Shown in pieces: positions 51,183 to 64,000 of a stretch of DNA of 64,000 nucleotides (the first letter of the stretch is position 1; each line of letters begins with the position of its first letter). The translations under genes were made by a program, and so were the position numbers. The stretch is from Mobula hypostoma (lineage: Eukaryota): contig NC_086097.1 in the NCBI RefSeq assembly GCF_963921235.1, positions 94,862,001 to 94,926,000 on the forward strand. The letters are read 5' to 3'. The notes beneath the pieces are model-generated. The model was not told the DNA's origin. It searched no databases and saw only the letters and a program-made list of their open reading frames with translations.

Positions 51183-51783
51183 GAAGCTACAATACCCAAT
51201 GCCCTGACTAATGAAGGGCAGTCTGCAAACTCCTATACTCAGTACCCTGATAATGAAGGCCAGGACAGTCTGCGGTCTCCTAAAGTCAATACACTGACTA
51301 TTGAATGACAGGCCAGTGTGCAAACTCCTGTAGATAATGCCTTGATTCATAAAGGGCAGGGCAGGATGCAAACTCCTATACTCATTGCCCTGACTAATGA
51401 AGGCCAGGCCAATGTGGAAACTCCTGTACCAAATTTTCTGACCAATGAAGGCCAAGTAAGTGTGCAAACTCCTATCCTCAATGCCCTGATAAGAAGGCTA
51501 GTGTGCAAATTTCTACACTCAATGTGCTGACTAATGAAGGCCAGTCTGCAAACTCCTAATACAAAATGCCCTGACTAATGAACTGAGGCCAGTATGGAAA
51601 CTCCTATACTCAATGCCCTGATGGATGGACAGGCCAGTGTGGAAACTCCTTTACTCAATGCCCTGGCTAATAAAGACCAGTGTGCAAACTCCTATGTTCA
51701 GTACACTGACAAGGGAAGGCCAGGCAATACCTTGACTAATGAAGGCTAGGCCAGTGTACAAACACCAATACTTAGCGCCCTGA
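51183..51783. repeat. 48-bp minisatellite, block 3, followed by (CA)n to about 51893
   Basis: Same degenerate unit as blocks 1 and 2. Confidence 0.88.
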
Positions 51784-54732
51784 CACACACTCACAAATAC
51801 CCACACATCCATACACACACAAACAACTACGCACACACACACACACACCAACACAATTACATGCACAATCACACACACACACACTCACACACTGTGCTCC
51901 AACCCCAGGTCAGCTTCTAGTGCTCTCTTACATACAGACATTGGGCCTTCAACTTCCTCTACAGATACACAGAGATTAACAGACTCAGGGCTTGAGCCAC
52001 TGGGACTCAACTTGTCAACGTCCAGTCAAACTTTGGGCTTCAGTCCTCAGTTTCGACCCCAGCACTTGCTGATGACAATGAATGAGGTCCTGGATGAGGG
52101 CCTGAACAGCAGGCCTTGAACTCCGGGCTCGCCAACGATGGGACCCTGAACACTAGGCCTCAAATTCTGGTCTTGCCAATCTGCATTCCTGGGGAAACAT
52201 CATGCCTCCTGCCCACATGGAACTCCAATCCTGGTAACCACCAATGACTTGCTGACCTGGGGAGCTGGGGGGCCCTCGTTTTTTCTGGTCTGTCAGCCTG
52301 ACATCTGACCAAGGATGTCCTTCATCCCACGTCCACTTCACTGGCCTTTGAATGCAGAGCGGAGGCCTAGATTCCAGCTTGACCTCTAATCCCTCCAAAT
52401 TCTTGTCGCTAAGTTCCATTCTGACCCTTAACTCCTCTCTGTCCCCAAAACCATCCCTACAAACCTAAAAATAATGAAAAAAGAACAAGGTCACAGCTGT
52501 GTCCTTGACAGTAACTGGAGCTAGATGCCATCTTGTTAGTGCTAAGGGGTGCTGGATGCTTGGTGTGGCCCTGTTAGGCCAAATGGTCTGTTTCTGTACC
52601 ACAGGATGCTAGGTTCTTCTTTTGTGGCAAGAAAATTCAGTCTGAATGAAGACCCATGCCTGTATTTAAAGGATAAACCATGATTTAGCTTTACATTGTT
52701 ATCACACACTGGTTCTGCACACCTAGTTTAATCCCAATATGGACGTGGGTTCAGACCTCTGCACAGCCATCCCTATTTTGGAAACATCGATGCTTAGGAA
52801 TTGGAGAATCCATGATGGTTCCGAGAGATTGGCTGGACAATGGAGTATCTACATCTTCGGCTTATTGGTAATGCACAGATAGGTAGCATAACCTTGTCAA
52901 ATGATTGGGTTCCATGCAGTTCGGGTGCATGCTGTGTGGTGGTGAGACTCACTTGCTCATGAGAGTAGTTATCAGTGGACATGTAATCATCATTCCTTGG
53001 AGTAGAAGAGACTAAAGGGATTACCGATAGAGGCAGATGAAATTGTGAGAAGCATAGACAGGGTAGACAGTAAGAAACATTTCTCCATAAGTAGAATATC
53101 TAGGATCAGACAGCATAAGTTTATGGGAAAAGATTTAGAGGGGATCGGGGAAGAAGTTTTTTTTTCTCCTAGATGGTGGTGGAAATCTGAAAAACAAATG
53201 ATCATGGAGCCAGGTAGTCACAAGACATTTAGCAAGGACTTGAATGAGGCTTTGAATCAACATGCCACACTGGGCGATGGACCAAGTGTTGAAATTGGGA
53301 TTGGTGTAGATCAGCATTTGGTGGTCAGTATAAACAAGGTGGGCTGAATAGCCTGCTTCTGTTCTGTACGATTCTATGACTCCAACACATGGTCATGACA
53401 TTGGCAGCCAGCAAGATACAGTACAGAGCTACATTCAGTTGTCAGCAAAGGCATATCGAAACTAACACCGCACAGCTTAAGGAAATCATCAAGTTCTAGC
53501 TTGTTTTCATTAAAGATTCCAAGATCTGAAATGGTTTTCTCAAAACCTGGCACTGAGAGATTAGAGAAAGCAGCCATCACCAGCACAGAGGGCGAGGTGT
53601 GATTGTACGCAAACATTCTTTCCTGCACGCCTGCTTGTCTGACCCTGGGTCACCAGTAGGAGCAGGGTGGTATGACTGAGCTCCTCTGTGATGCCATTTA
53701 TGATAGTTTTGGAGGCGTGAGAGATTGCACGTGCTGGAACCCAGCGCCACAAACAATCTGCTGGAGGAACTCAGCGGGTCGAGCAACATCTGTGGGATGA
53801 AAGGAACTGTTGACATTTTGGATTAAAACCCTGCATCAGGGCCCAAAACTAGACCTCCATATAATCTCCATTTCACCTCACAGTCGACTCCCAGTACAGA
53901 GTCTAAGGGTAATCTGCAATTAAAATTTTGTAAGTAGTAATGGTGACCACTGAAGCTACTGAAATCTATTTAAAATAAAAACATTACAGCTCTTTAGAGG
54001 AACTAAGCTCCCATCCTTGCTAAGAGGGGAGCCTCCGTCCCAGGTCTCATAGTTTTTGAGGAGATTTGGTATATGATAAAAGACTGTTGGCCAGTTTCTG
54101 TAGATGTACAAAGGAGAGCATTCTGACTGGTTGCATCACCGTCTGGTGTGGAGGATCACCAGGGGCTGCAGAGATACCAAAGTCCCAAGATTCCAGATGA
54201 TTGGTATTTTATTATAATTGCTGCTTTTATTCAGGTTTATGATACTAGTTTCATACCTAAATTCCTCACTCGTAAACTGAATGTGAAATTGCATCATCCT
54301 GTGATCACTCTTCCCCAGAAGATACTTTACTAGATAAATGCCCAATTTCCTGGTTGGTGCCACAACGTATTGTTCTAAGGAACTGTTGGAACACTTAATG
54401 AACATCCTCAAGGCTACTTTTAACAAATTAATTTGTCCAGTCTCTACAAAGATCACGTTTACTCATGTAAACACGAGGAATTACTCATGCTAACATTTTC
54501 TGCTTGGTCCCATTATATTTTGGGTTACATTTTGTCCTACTGTATAGTTACTGCTGAGATGATGACCACTACACCCACACCTGAGGGCATGGTTGTAGGA
54601 TGTGTGGCATCCACGTGTGTGGGCAGCTTGCATGCCCGTCTCTATGTGACTGTTTTACAGTATGTGCCAGTGGTGCAATGATCCAGCTAAGTATGTGGTC
54701 CAGATTTGTGTGTACATTCATATCTACACCCA

Positions 54733-55055
54733 GTTACCACTTTATTAGGTACACCTGTACACCTGCTCGTTAAGGCAAATATCTAATGAGCCAATCATAT
54801 GGCTGCAACTCCATGCAGAAAAGCATGCAGACACAGTCAAGAGGTTCAATTGTTGTTCAGACCAAACACTTGGGGAAGAAATGTGATCTAGGTGACTTTG
54901 ACCATGGAATGATTGCTGGTGCCAGACGGGGTGGTCTGAGTATCTCAGGAACTGCTCATCACCTGGGATTCTCATGCACAATACTCTCCAGAATTTACAG
55001 AGAATGGTGTGAAAAACAAAAAAAAACACATAGTTCTGTGGGCGAAAATGCCTCG
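54733..55055 (+). mobile_element. Second Tc1-like fragment, same family as 13414-13915
   Basis: CCACTTTATTAGGTACACCTGTACACC start; KKCDLGDFDHGMIAGARRGGLSIS peptide. Confidence 0.75.
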
Positions 55056-55784
55056 ATAGAGTCAGAATCTTTTTCTCAGGTAGAAATGTCAGGAAATAGA
55101 GGACATGCATTTGAAGTGACAGGGAGAAAGTTTAAAGGAGATATGTGAGGCAGATTCTTTTCTTCACAGGGAGTGATGGGTGCTTGGAATGGGCTGCTGG
55201 GCAGAGAAGTGGAAGCAGATAGGATAGTGGTTTTTGGCAGACATTGGATATGCAGGGAATAGAGGGATATGGTCATTCCAGGGCCAGGCAGAAGGGATTT
55301 AATGTAATGTGGCATCATGTTCAGTAGGATCATTGTGGGCCGAAGGGCCTGTTCCTGTGCTGCACTGTTCTGTGTTTGTTTGAAGGTATCTGTATCCTTC
55401 TACTGGATCTGAGCCTGCACCTCACTGCCATGTAATTGATATTTTGCAAACTCGCAATGAAATATACTTGAGCCTGCCAACCATTGCTGGGTCTTCATAA
55501 ATTACCTTTAATCTAGAAGGACAAGGCAGCAGGTGCATGGGAACACCAGCATATATACAGTATATCAGCACAATTCATCATCACGGGGTCTAAATCCTGG
55601 AGCACCCTTCCCAACACCACCATGGGAATGGCTCAAAAAGGCAGTTCACCACCACTTTCTTCAGGATAATGAGGGGTGGACCATCACCATGAGCAGATCC
55701 TAAAACATGAGTAAGTAAAATTATTAATGACTACATCTTCCTATCGTTTACAGGAAATTCTGCAGATACTGAGCTCCCAGAACC

Positions 55785-57110
55785 ACACACACAAAATGCA
55801 GATCAGGCAGCATCTATGGAGAGGAATGAACAGTTGACGTTTTGGGCCGAGACCCTTCTTCAGGACTGGTAAGGAATGGGGAAGAAGGTAGGGGGATAGG
55901 TTAAACCAGTTGAAGGGGAAGGTAGGTGAGATGAAGTGAGATGCTGGGGGTGATAGGTGGAAGAGGTAAAGGGCTGAAGAAAGAGGAACCTAATGGGAAA
56001 TCAGTGGGACTGACCAGTAAACAAAGGAATCACAGAGGGAGTGATCTGCATTGAAAGTGGAGGGTTGGGAGTGGGCAAGGAAAGTTGTGTTTAGTGGTTG
56101 GATCCCATCAAAATAGTGTGAGTTACCAAGAATGGTGTGCTGGATGCAAAGGCTCGTGGGGTGGTAGGTATGGACAAGGAGAACTATATCCCTGTTATAA
56201 TGGCAGGAGGGAGATCAGTGGTGAGGAAGGACAAGGGGAACCATATCTCTAATAAGGCCGTGTGAGGAAGGCTGAGGGCAACTGTGTGGGAAATGGAGAA
56301 GATGTGGGTGAAGGTAGCATTGGTGGTAGAGAAAGGGAACCCCCATTCTTTGAAGAAGGAGGATATCGCAGACGTTCTGGAATGAAAAGTCTCATTCTAA
56401 GAACAGATGCAGGAACTGAGAAAAGGGAATAGCATTTTTACATGACAGGATGGGAAGAGGTATAGTCAAAATAACTGTAAGAGTCAGTAGGTTTATAAAA
56501 TATATTATTTCAGTCAGTTTATAGAGATGGAGACAGATAACAAGAAAATGGAGAGGGGTGACCGAGATGGATCAAGTAAATTTGAGGGTAAGATGGAAAA
56601 TGCAGGCAAAGCTGACGTTTCAACAAGATCTGCACGGGTGCAGGAAGCAGCACCAATGCAGTCATTGATGCAGCGTAGGAGTTGGGGAGTGTTCCCAGTA
56701 TAGGCTTGAAACATGGACTGTTCCATGCAGTGGCTGCAGGCATAGCTGGGGGCCATGCGGGTCCAAATGCCAATACCTTGGGTTTGGAGTAAATGGGAGG
56801 AGCTGAAAGTGAAATTGTTGAGGGTAAGTATCAGTTCCACCAGATGGAGGAGTGAAACTAGTTAGGTCTGTTGTCCAGAAAGAAACAGAGAACTTCGAGG
56901 AGGACAAAATGGAGTTGAGGTATGTGGACATGAGTTCAGTGGGGCAGGAGCAGGCAGAAACAATGAGATTAGCCACATGGTCAAGTTTGTGGTTAGGACA
57001 TATAAGCAAGCAATGGGGGGGAAGGGAGCAATGAGGTCGGTGGCAGTGGATGTGAAATGTCCAGAGTGGATGAGGCTGGTGAATATGCAGGAGACAATGG
57101 CTTGGTGCCA
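55785..57110 (-). mobile_element. Decayed Penelope-like element (RT fragment to 3' terminal repeat)
   Basis: ELILTLNNFTFSSSHLLQTQG...RMAPSYAC...LLRCINDCIGAASCT is a degenerate PLE RT (GxAMG and YIDD region); terminal repeat at 55785-55870. Confidence 0.8.
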
Positions 57111-60100
57111 TTGATCCCATCTTTTACATCTCTGGGCAATACAATGAACTGAGCAAGTTAGTAATTGTGTGATTGCACCAGTTTTATGGTTTCAACATAG
57201 ACACAGTGTCTATCAGGCTTGCGGCACAGAGGATTCCATGGTAAATTGGTCAAGGCAATCTTTTTCTAAGGTGGACCAAGTGGTCACCTGAAATAAATAG
57301 AGCTGAATTCAAGCTGAAACAGAAACCCTGCCCAACCTAGGTTTCTAAACTCGGTCAGCCTATTGTGGGTTTTTGGTGTATAATCTCCAGTCAAGATATC
57401 CACGTAAAGAAGAGGGCTAACTGGTGAAATACAGAAGGCTAAGGGAGGAAAGAGGATAGTAAATCATTGGGATTCTCTGCTCTGAAGGGTTGTAGAGGGT
57501 GGGTCACTGGAGGGAGATACATTTTAGAAAGATTAGGGAATTGAAGTCTGTGGGGAAATGAAACAGAGAAGATGAGGCCGGGAACAGACCAGCCACGATT
57601 ATGTCAAATAGTGGAGCAGGATTGAGAGGCTGAGAGCTCCACTCCTGCAGCTATTTCCTTGTGTTCTTATCAAAACTACGAGAGGCATTTTGCTTTGCCT
57701 TGTTGATCCTGTTGCTCACTGTTCCACAAAACCAGCACAGCCCATGCTCCAACCGGCAACTGATCCTAGCTCTTCACTGGAGACCTCGCCTCAAACCAAA
57801 GCTGAGCAGGCCCTGGGCGTCAATGTGGCAGTGTCAATTCAGCGGCACCAGACAATCCTGGCCTTCCTTCTGTGGGCACTTGTCTGCCACTACTGAGCTC
57901 TGTTGCACCCACACCTCCACCTTCTGTTCTCAGACTCCGCTGAATTCCTAGTAAGAGCTGGCAATTCCCCACTGGAAGTCTCCCTCAAAAAATCTCCCTC
58001 ATTCCAATGGATATCTGTGGAATTCTCTGCCCAATGAAGCAGTGGAGGCTATCTCAGTAAATATATTTAAGATAAAGCCGGATAGATTTTTGCATAGTAC
58101 GGGAATTAAGGGTTATGGGGAAAAGGCAGGTAGGTGGAGATGAGTCCATGGCCAGATCAGCTGTGATCTTACTGAATGGCAGAGCAGGCTCGACGGGTCA
58201 GATGGCCGACTCTTGCTCCTATTTCTTATGACAAGTTGGAATTAGGGAATTTCTGATCCCAGCCCTGCCTGCATTTCCAAACAGATTAACACTGACTGCC
58301 TGCGCCCATGAATCGGTATTATGAACATTGCCTATGAGTCAATGGCCTCTCTGTGGAAAGAATCAATCGCAAATGTCTAATGGGACTTGGAGGCTGACAG
58401 CAAATGAAAAGATAATGAATTGTACATAGCAGACTCGCCTAATCAGGAGTTTTTCAACACACCCATCCTCATTATCTGTGCACTGCATAGAACGGACAAG
58501 GCAAGACCTTGTTTATCCTTATGAATATGAGTCCATATTGCAGTCTCCTGCTTGACAGGGGAAGGCAGGGTGGGGGAGGGCAGTGGAAAAACAGAACAAA
58601 AGGACCCTTGGAGCACAGAAAACAGGAGAAAGTATGTAAGCTGGGAGATGGAAGCGCAAAACTTGAGGGAGTGTTCTTACAATCTTTTAAGTGCCGTGGT
58701 GATTGGAGAGCCCAAGAGAGCAGGTCTGCACTGTTCACAGTGCAAGGCATTATCTGTCCTGTATTCCTCCTGGTCCCTGCAATTAGCAGGCCTCTTCCCG
58801 TAAGTGGGCCATCTTCAGACAGTTCTGTCTCATTCAATATTTTCAGTTTGGTTGTATCCCAGGTTAAAAAAACAATTAGGACCTAGAAATTCCTTGACGG
58901 CAGAAGTTGCAAGTTAATCCATCATTATGTACAGGCCAGTGACGGGCAGAGGGTCAGTGTTGCATAACACTTCAGGCTACAGATTGAGTCCATTGGTGCA
59001 TGAGACCACTGGCATAGGGCCTTAGGGAGGAGGTCACCCTCAGGACATCAGTGCGGGGAGGGAGTTCGTGGACTACCTGAAAGGGGACATGGCCCAGTTG
59101 GGTTCCCAATGGAGTAGGATTGGAGGAAAAGGCCAGTTACTCTGAAGAAGCATTTCACAGGTAACATCATCGTTAGGTGTGGAACTCATGTAGAAGACAC
59201 GTAATCCATATGAATTCCTAGTTAAATTTCTGGACTCGAGCAATCTAAGCCAAAAATGATCATTCTCACTTTCTGCTCTGGTGCAAAATAACTTGTCCTT
59301 TGCACAGAGTGCAAAAAAAAGAATAGTGCTACGCATTCAAATTCCCACATCCAAGAACTTCTCCCGAGTGGCTCCTACTCCTACTTTAGACTCAGAGGAT
59401 AGGGGTGCAAGTCCTCTACGACTGGAGGACAGAAACCTAAGTAAATTCCCAGCGTGCTGTATTGGTATTATGATTTATGGTTTTCACATGTACCAAGATA
59501 CAGTGGAAAGCTTTTGTTAGCCTGCCTTCCAGACAGATCATTCAATGCTCAAGTGTATCCAGGTAGTAAAAATGAATACAGAATGCAGAAAGAAGTGTTA
59601 CTGTTACAGGGAAAGTACACTGCAGGCAGACAAATAAAGCAGCAGAGGCCACAAAGACTGAGAAATCATAAGAGACCCACTGAACTTTTAGCATACAAGG
59701 TTCTGTCAAGAATCTTATAATGGTGAGATGGAATCTGGCTTCAAACCTTTGGGGGGGGGGGGGAAGAAGTGATAATGACTGGGAATGGAGGGGTCTTTGA
59801 TTATGTTGGGTGTTTTCCCAAGGCAGTGGGAAGGGGAGACTGAATCATTGGGGAGAGGTTGGTTTGTGTTATGGACACGGCTGTGTTTGGTAAGGAAGTA
59901 ACGGGGGAGATCTAGTTGACTTGAGGACCTCCAAAGTAGACAGAAATATTCTACATCCTAGTGAAGAGCAAGCAAGGTACAAATTTATAAATTAGGGGCA
60001 TCAGCCTCTCAGGCATGCTACACCATTGAACAAATTCATGACTGATCTGATTTTAGCTTTAAAACTCTGCATTTTTGTCTACCCTTGGAAACCTCCCACT

Positions 60101-61359
60101 CGCTTGCTTATCAAAAATCTTTCGATCACTGCCTCAAAAATATTCAAAACCCTCTGCTTCCACAGTGCTTTAAGGAAAGGAGATCCAAAGACTACTGACC
60201 CTTTGAGAGAAAAGGGAATGATCTAATCTCTTCCTTAAATATTTTTAAATACTGACCTTTCATTCTAGATTCTCCAAGAGTAGGAATCATCCTCTCCATA
60301 TTTATCCTCTTAAAACTCATCAGGATCTGATATGTCAATGAAGTCACCTTTCACTCCAGTGCCTACAGGCCCCATCCATCCAACCCTAGTACAGATTCTT
60401 AATGGTGCCCTCACCAGTGTTTGCCCCTCATTTAGCTTCACCACAAAGAGTATTCTTTGAGCATTACTGTGCTGCTGTTTGTGGGCCCTCACTATGCACA
60501 GATTGACTGGTGTCTTGCCTGCTGTTCAGACCCAGAAGGTTTCCATGATGTGCCAGGGCCATTGAAATGCTTTCAAATTGCAAGTTTATCTCTTTTCACC
60601 TCTTGACACTTTAATTTCATTATTCTTTTGTCTTTGCAGCCATAAAGATGGAAATGGCAACAGGGAGGTCAAACTAATTCATTATCAAAAACCACTGTGT
60701 CTCATCTGTCAAGACTCTAATGGTTGCGACCTTTGGAGCTGGTTTATGCCTCTGACACATATCGCCCTACTCTGTACACACTGCTTATCTGTGTCCAGTA
60801 TATGTAACACCGATCCATTTCCCTCTGCCTGTAGGGCTGATCTTCCACGGCATCATTGCCATTTATGGGTAGATAACACTGATATGTATCTACACTTGCA
60901 AGATCCTGTCTTCCACCCGAAGCATTCATTCTATTCATCTTCCCACAGACCCTACCCAGAACCCAGAATCAGGTTTACAGTCACAGTCTTGAATGACATG
61001 ACATTTGTTGTTTTGTGGTAACAGAACAAATAATAAATAACAGAATAAATAGTTAAAATATAGAATAATGGACCGTTCAGAAATTGGATGGTGGAGGGGA
61101 AGAAGCTGTTACTGATTCACTGAGTGTGGTTTGTCAGGCTCCTGTACTTGCTCCCTGTTGGTAGTAATGAGAACAGGCCACATTTCCGATGGTGAAGGTC
61201 CTTAATGATGGATGCTGCCTTCTTGGGCACTGGCTTTTGAAGATACCCTCGATGGTGTGCCTGTGACAGAGGCGGCTGGGTCTGCAACCTTTTTTGATCC
61301 TGTGCATTAGGGCCCCCAGACCCAGGCTGTGATGCATTTGATCAGAATGCTCTTCACCG

Positions 61360-63047
61360 TTAGGAGGGTTACAACTTCCAGACTTTAAGAATTATTGTAA
61401 AGCAAATCAACTTAGATTTATTGTAACACACATCAAAGTTGCTGGTGAACGCAGCAGGCCGGGCAGCATCTCTAGGAAGAGGCACAGTCGACGTTTCAGG
61501 CCGAGACCCTTCGTGACAAAGGGTCTCGGCCTGAAACGTCGACTGCACCTCTTCCCAGAGACGCTGCCTGGCCTGCTGCGTTCACCAGCGACTTTGATGT
61601 GTGTTGCTTGAATTTCCAGTATCTGCAGAATTCCTGTTGTTTTAGATTTATTGCATCTTTCTTTGACGATTGAAAACCGGCATGGATTAGAATAGAATTA
61701 GATAAGATAGGAGAAAATATACCTGAAGATTTTATATATAAATGGGAATCTAAATGGATACGGGAAAAGAAAGAATCTCCCATATTAGAACGTTTGATTG
61801 ATCTATGGAATAAGATAAATGTTGATAGTGAAATAAAGAAATCTTTATTAGCAAGGAGACCTTTGTTCCAAAACAGACTTATTCCTTTTACAATGGATAA
61901 TCAGCTCTTATATAATTGGTACCAAAAAGGGATTAGATCTATAGGAGACTGTTATGAACGAGGTATAATGATGTCATTTGAATAACTAGAGAATAAATAT
62001 AAAATATCAAATAACACTTTCTTTTGTTACCTTCAATTAAGGGCTTACCTAAAAGGCAAACTGGGTCAAACAATGTTTTTGTCAAAACCCAATGAAATTG
62101 AAATTTTAATTCAAAAAGGAAAAATTAAAAAATTTATTTCTTGTATGTATAATTTGATTCAAAAACAGACAATTAAACAAGGAATCCACAAGCCAAAACA
62201 AAAATGGGAAACGGATCTGAATATTAATATTGATGAAACAAATTGGTCAAGACTGTGTCTTGACAGTATGACAAATACAATAAACGTTCGACTTAGATTA
62301 GTACAATATAATTTTTTACACCAATTATATATTACACCACAAAAAATAAATATATTAAATTCAAATTTATCTGATAAATGCTTTCGGTGTAATCAAGAAA
62401 TTGGTACTTTCTTACATTCTACTTGGTCTTGTTCTAAAATTCAACCTTTTTGGATACATTTAAGAGTCTTATTGGAACAAATTACTGGAACTCAACTTCC
62501 ACATAACCCTGTATTATTTCTATTAGGTGATATTGAAGGGATAAAACCGAAACTTAAATTGAATAAATATCAGAAAGAATTCATAAAAATTGCATTGGCA
62601 GTAGCTAAGAAGGCTATAGCAGTTACTTGGAAATCCGATTCGTATTGAAGTATGAATCGTTGGAACAATGAAATGGCTAGTTCTATTCCACTGGAAAAAA
62701 TTACTTATAATTTAAGAGATAAATATGAAACATTTCTGAATATTTGGCGCCCTTATTTACAAAAGATAGGATGGCATATTTAGTTGCTCCGATGATAAAG
62801 ATCTTGGTCCCCTGGGGAAAGTAATAAATAAATATACTAAATTTATTTTGAATCTCATGGAGCATGTGGCAACCTTCCAATATCCAGGCAGTTCTTCTTT
62901 TTTTTCTTCTTTCTTTCTTTCTTTCTTTCTTTTCTTTTTAGGTAGGAGTATATATCGGGGGGGGAAGGGTTAAGGGGAGGGGGGAGGGTAGACATTATCT
63001 TTTCATGTATTCACTTTGAAAACTCAATAAAAATTATACTAAAAAAA
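61360..63047 (+). mobile_element. 5'-truncated L1-clade LINE (ORF2 C-terminal region with CCHC motif, 3' UTR, polyA)
   Basis: GGLQLPDFKNY at the start; KCFRCNQEIGTFLHSTWSC; AATAAA plus A-tail; TSD AGAATGCTCTTCACCG at 61344-61359 and 63048-63063. Confidence 0.93.
61424..61641. mobile_element. Penelope-like fold-back insertion nested in L1
   Basis: Same family as 3756-3971, palindromic; TSD TTAGATTTATTG at 61412-61423 and 61642-61653. Confidence 0.85.
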
Positions 63048-64000
63048 AGAATGCTCTTCACCGCACAGCTATGGAAATTTGCAAGATGCTTCATGACGTA
63101 CTGCACCAAATTTCATAAGACCATGAGATATAGGAGCAGAAGTAGGCCATTCAGCCCATCGAGTCTGCTCCACCATTCAATTATGGGCTGATCCAATTCT
63201 TTCAGTCATCCCCACTCCCCTGCTTTCACCCCATACTCTGGCTAAATAAGAACCTATCTATCTCTGCCTTAAATGAACTCAATGACTTGGCCCCCACAGC
63301 CGCTCATGGCAACAAATTCCACAGATTTACCACCCTCTGACTAAAGTAACTTCTCTGCATCTCTGTTCTCAATGGACGTCCTTCAATCCTGAAGTCGTGC
63401 TCTCTTGTGCTAGGCTCCCCTACCATGGGAAATAACTTTGCCATATCTAATCTGTTCAGGTCTTTAAACATTCAGAATGTTTCAATAAGATTCTCCCCCC
63501 CCACCCATTCCTCAAATTCCTAACGAAGTAGAGCCATTGGCATGCCTTCTTCAGGATTGCATCAATGTGTTGGCCCAGGACAGACCCTCTGTGGAGCTGG
63601 TACTCAGGAACTTGAAGCTGCTCACTCTTTCCACCACTGATCCCTCAATGATGTGTGTTCTCTTAACACCCCCTTCCTGAAATTGATTCCCTCATCTTGC
63701 TGACATTAAGTGTGACGCTGTTGTGATACCACTTAACCAAATGATCTCTCTCTCTCTCTCCTGCACGCCTCCTCGTTGCCATCTGAGATTTTACCAGTAG
63801 TGTTGTTATCTGCAAGCGTATAGACGGTGTTTGAGCTGTGCTTAGTGGAACACACGACCTTCAGGTGCACCTGTGTTGATTGTTCAGTGAGGAGGAGATG
63901 TTATTTCCGATTTGCACAGACTGCAGTCTGCTGATGAGGAAGTCAAGGATCCAGTTGCACAAGGAGGTACAGAGGGCAAGTTTAGCACTTTGGTGATTAA

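Larger units (their letters stand above)
60960..64000 (-). mobile_element. Old Rex1/Babar-type LINE hosting the L1 and a CR1 fragment (63115-63520)
   Basis: Minus strand [18 protein letters not shown] RT remnant near 63930-63990 and C-terminal remnants (SIIKD, FSLLP) at 61130-61359. Confidence 0.75.

Noticed and set aside
57690..59340. Several short ORFs or possible exons in non-repetitive sequence
   Set aside because: No recognisable domain and no consistent splice-phase chain could be built by eye.

Overview
Vertebrate nuclear DNA, most likely from a cartilaginous fish (ray or shark). That is inferred from the repeat landscape of CR1, Rex1/Babar, Penelope-like, V-SINE, Tx1, L1, Tc1/mariner and Gypsy remnants. 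The only confident host gene is a two-exon ZFP36L1-like tandem CCCH zinc-finger gene on the + strand (CDS 21589-21642 joined to 23395-24378, 345 aa). It has a long AU-rich 3' UTR and sits in a ~7 kb island free of recognisable transposons. Everything else is mostly nested, decayed transposable elements and simple repeats; most ORFs in the supplied track are spurious or TE-derived. Most interesting observations: (1) Penelope-derived fold-back insertions with 12-15 bp target-site duplications carry minimal type-I hammerhead ribozyme motifs; (2) the ZFP36L1 intron contains a decayed, collinear copy of part of its own exon 2; (3) a 48-bp minisatellite arose from a CR1 ORF2 segment and was later split by two CR1 insertions; (4) a Ran processed-pseudogene fragment is interrupted by one of the fold-back elements; (5) a proximal AATAAA could remove the best ARE nonamer from the ZFP36L1 3' UTR. 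All alignments were done by eye, and TE boundaries without a TSD are approximate.
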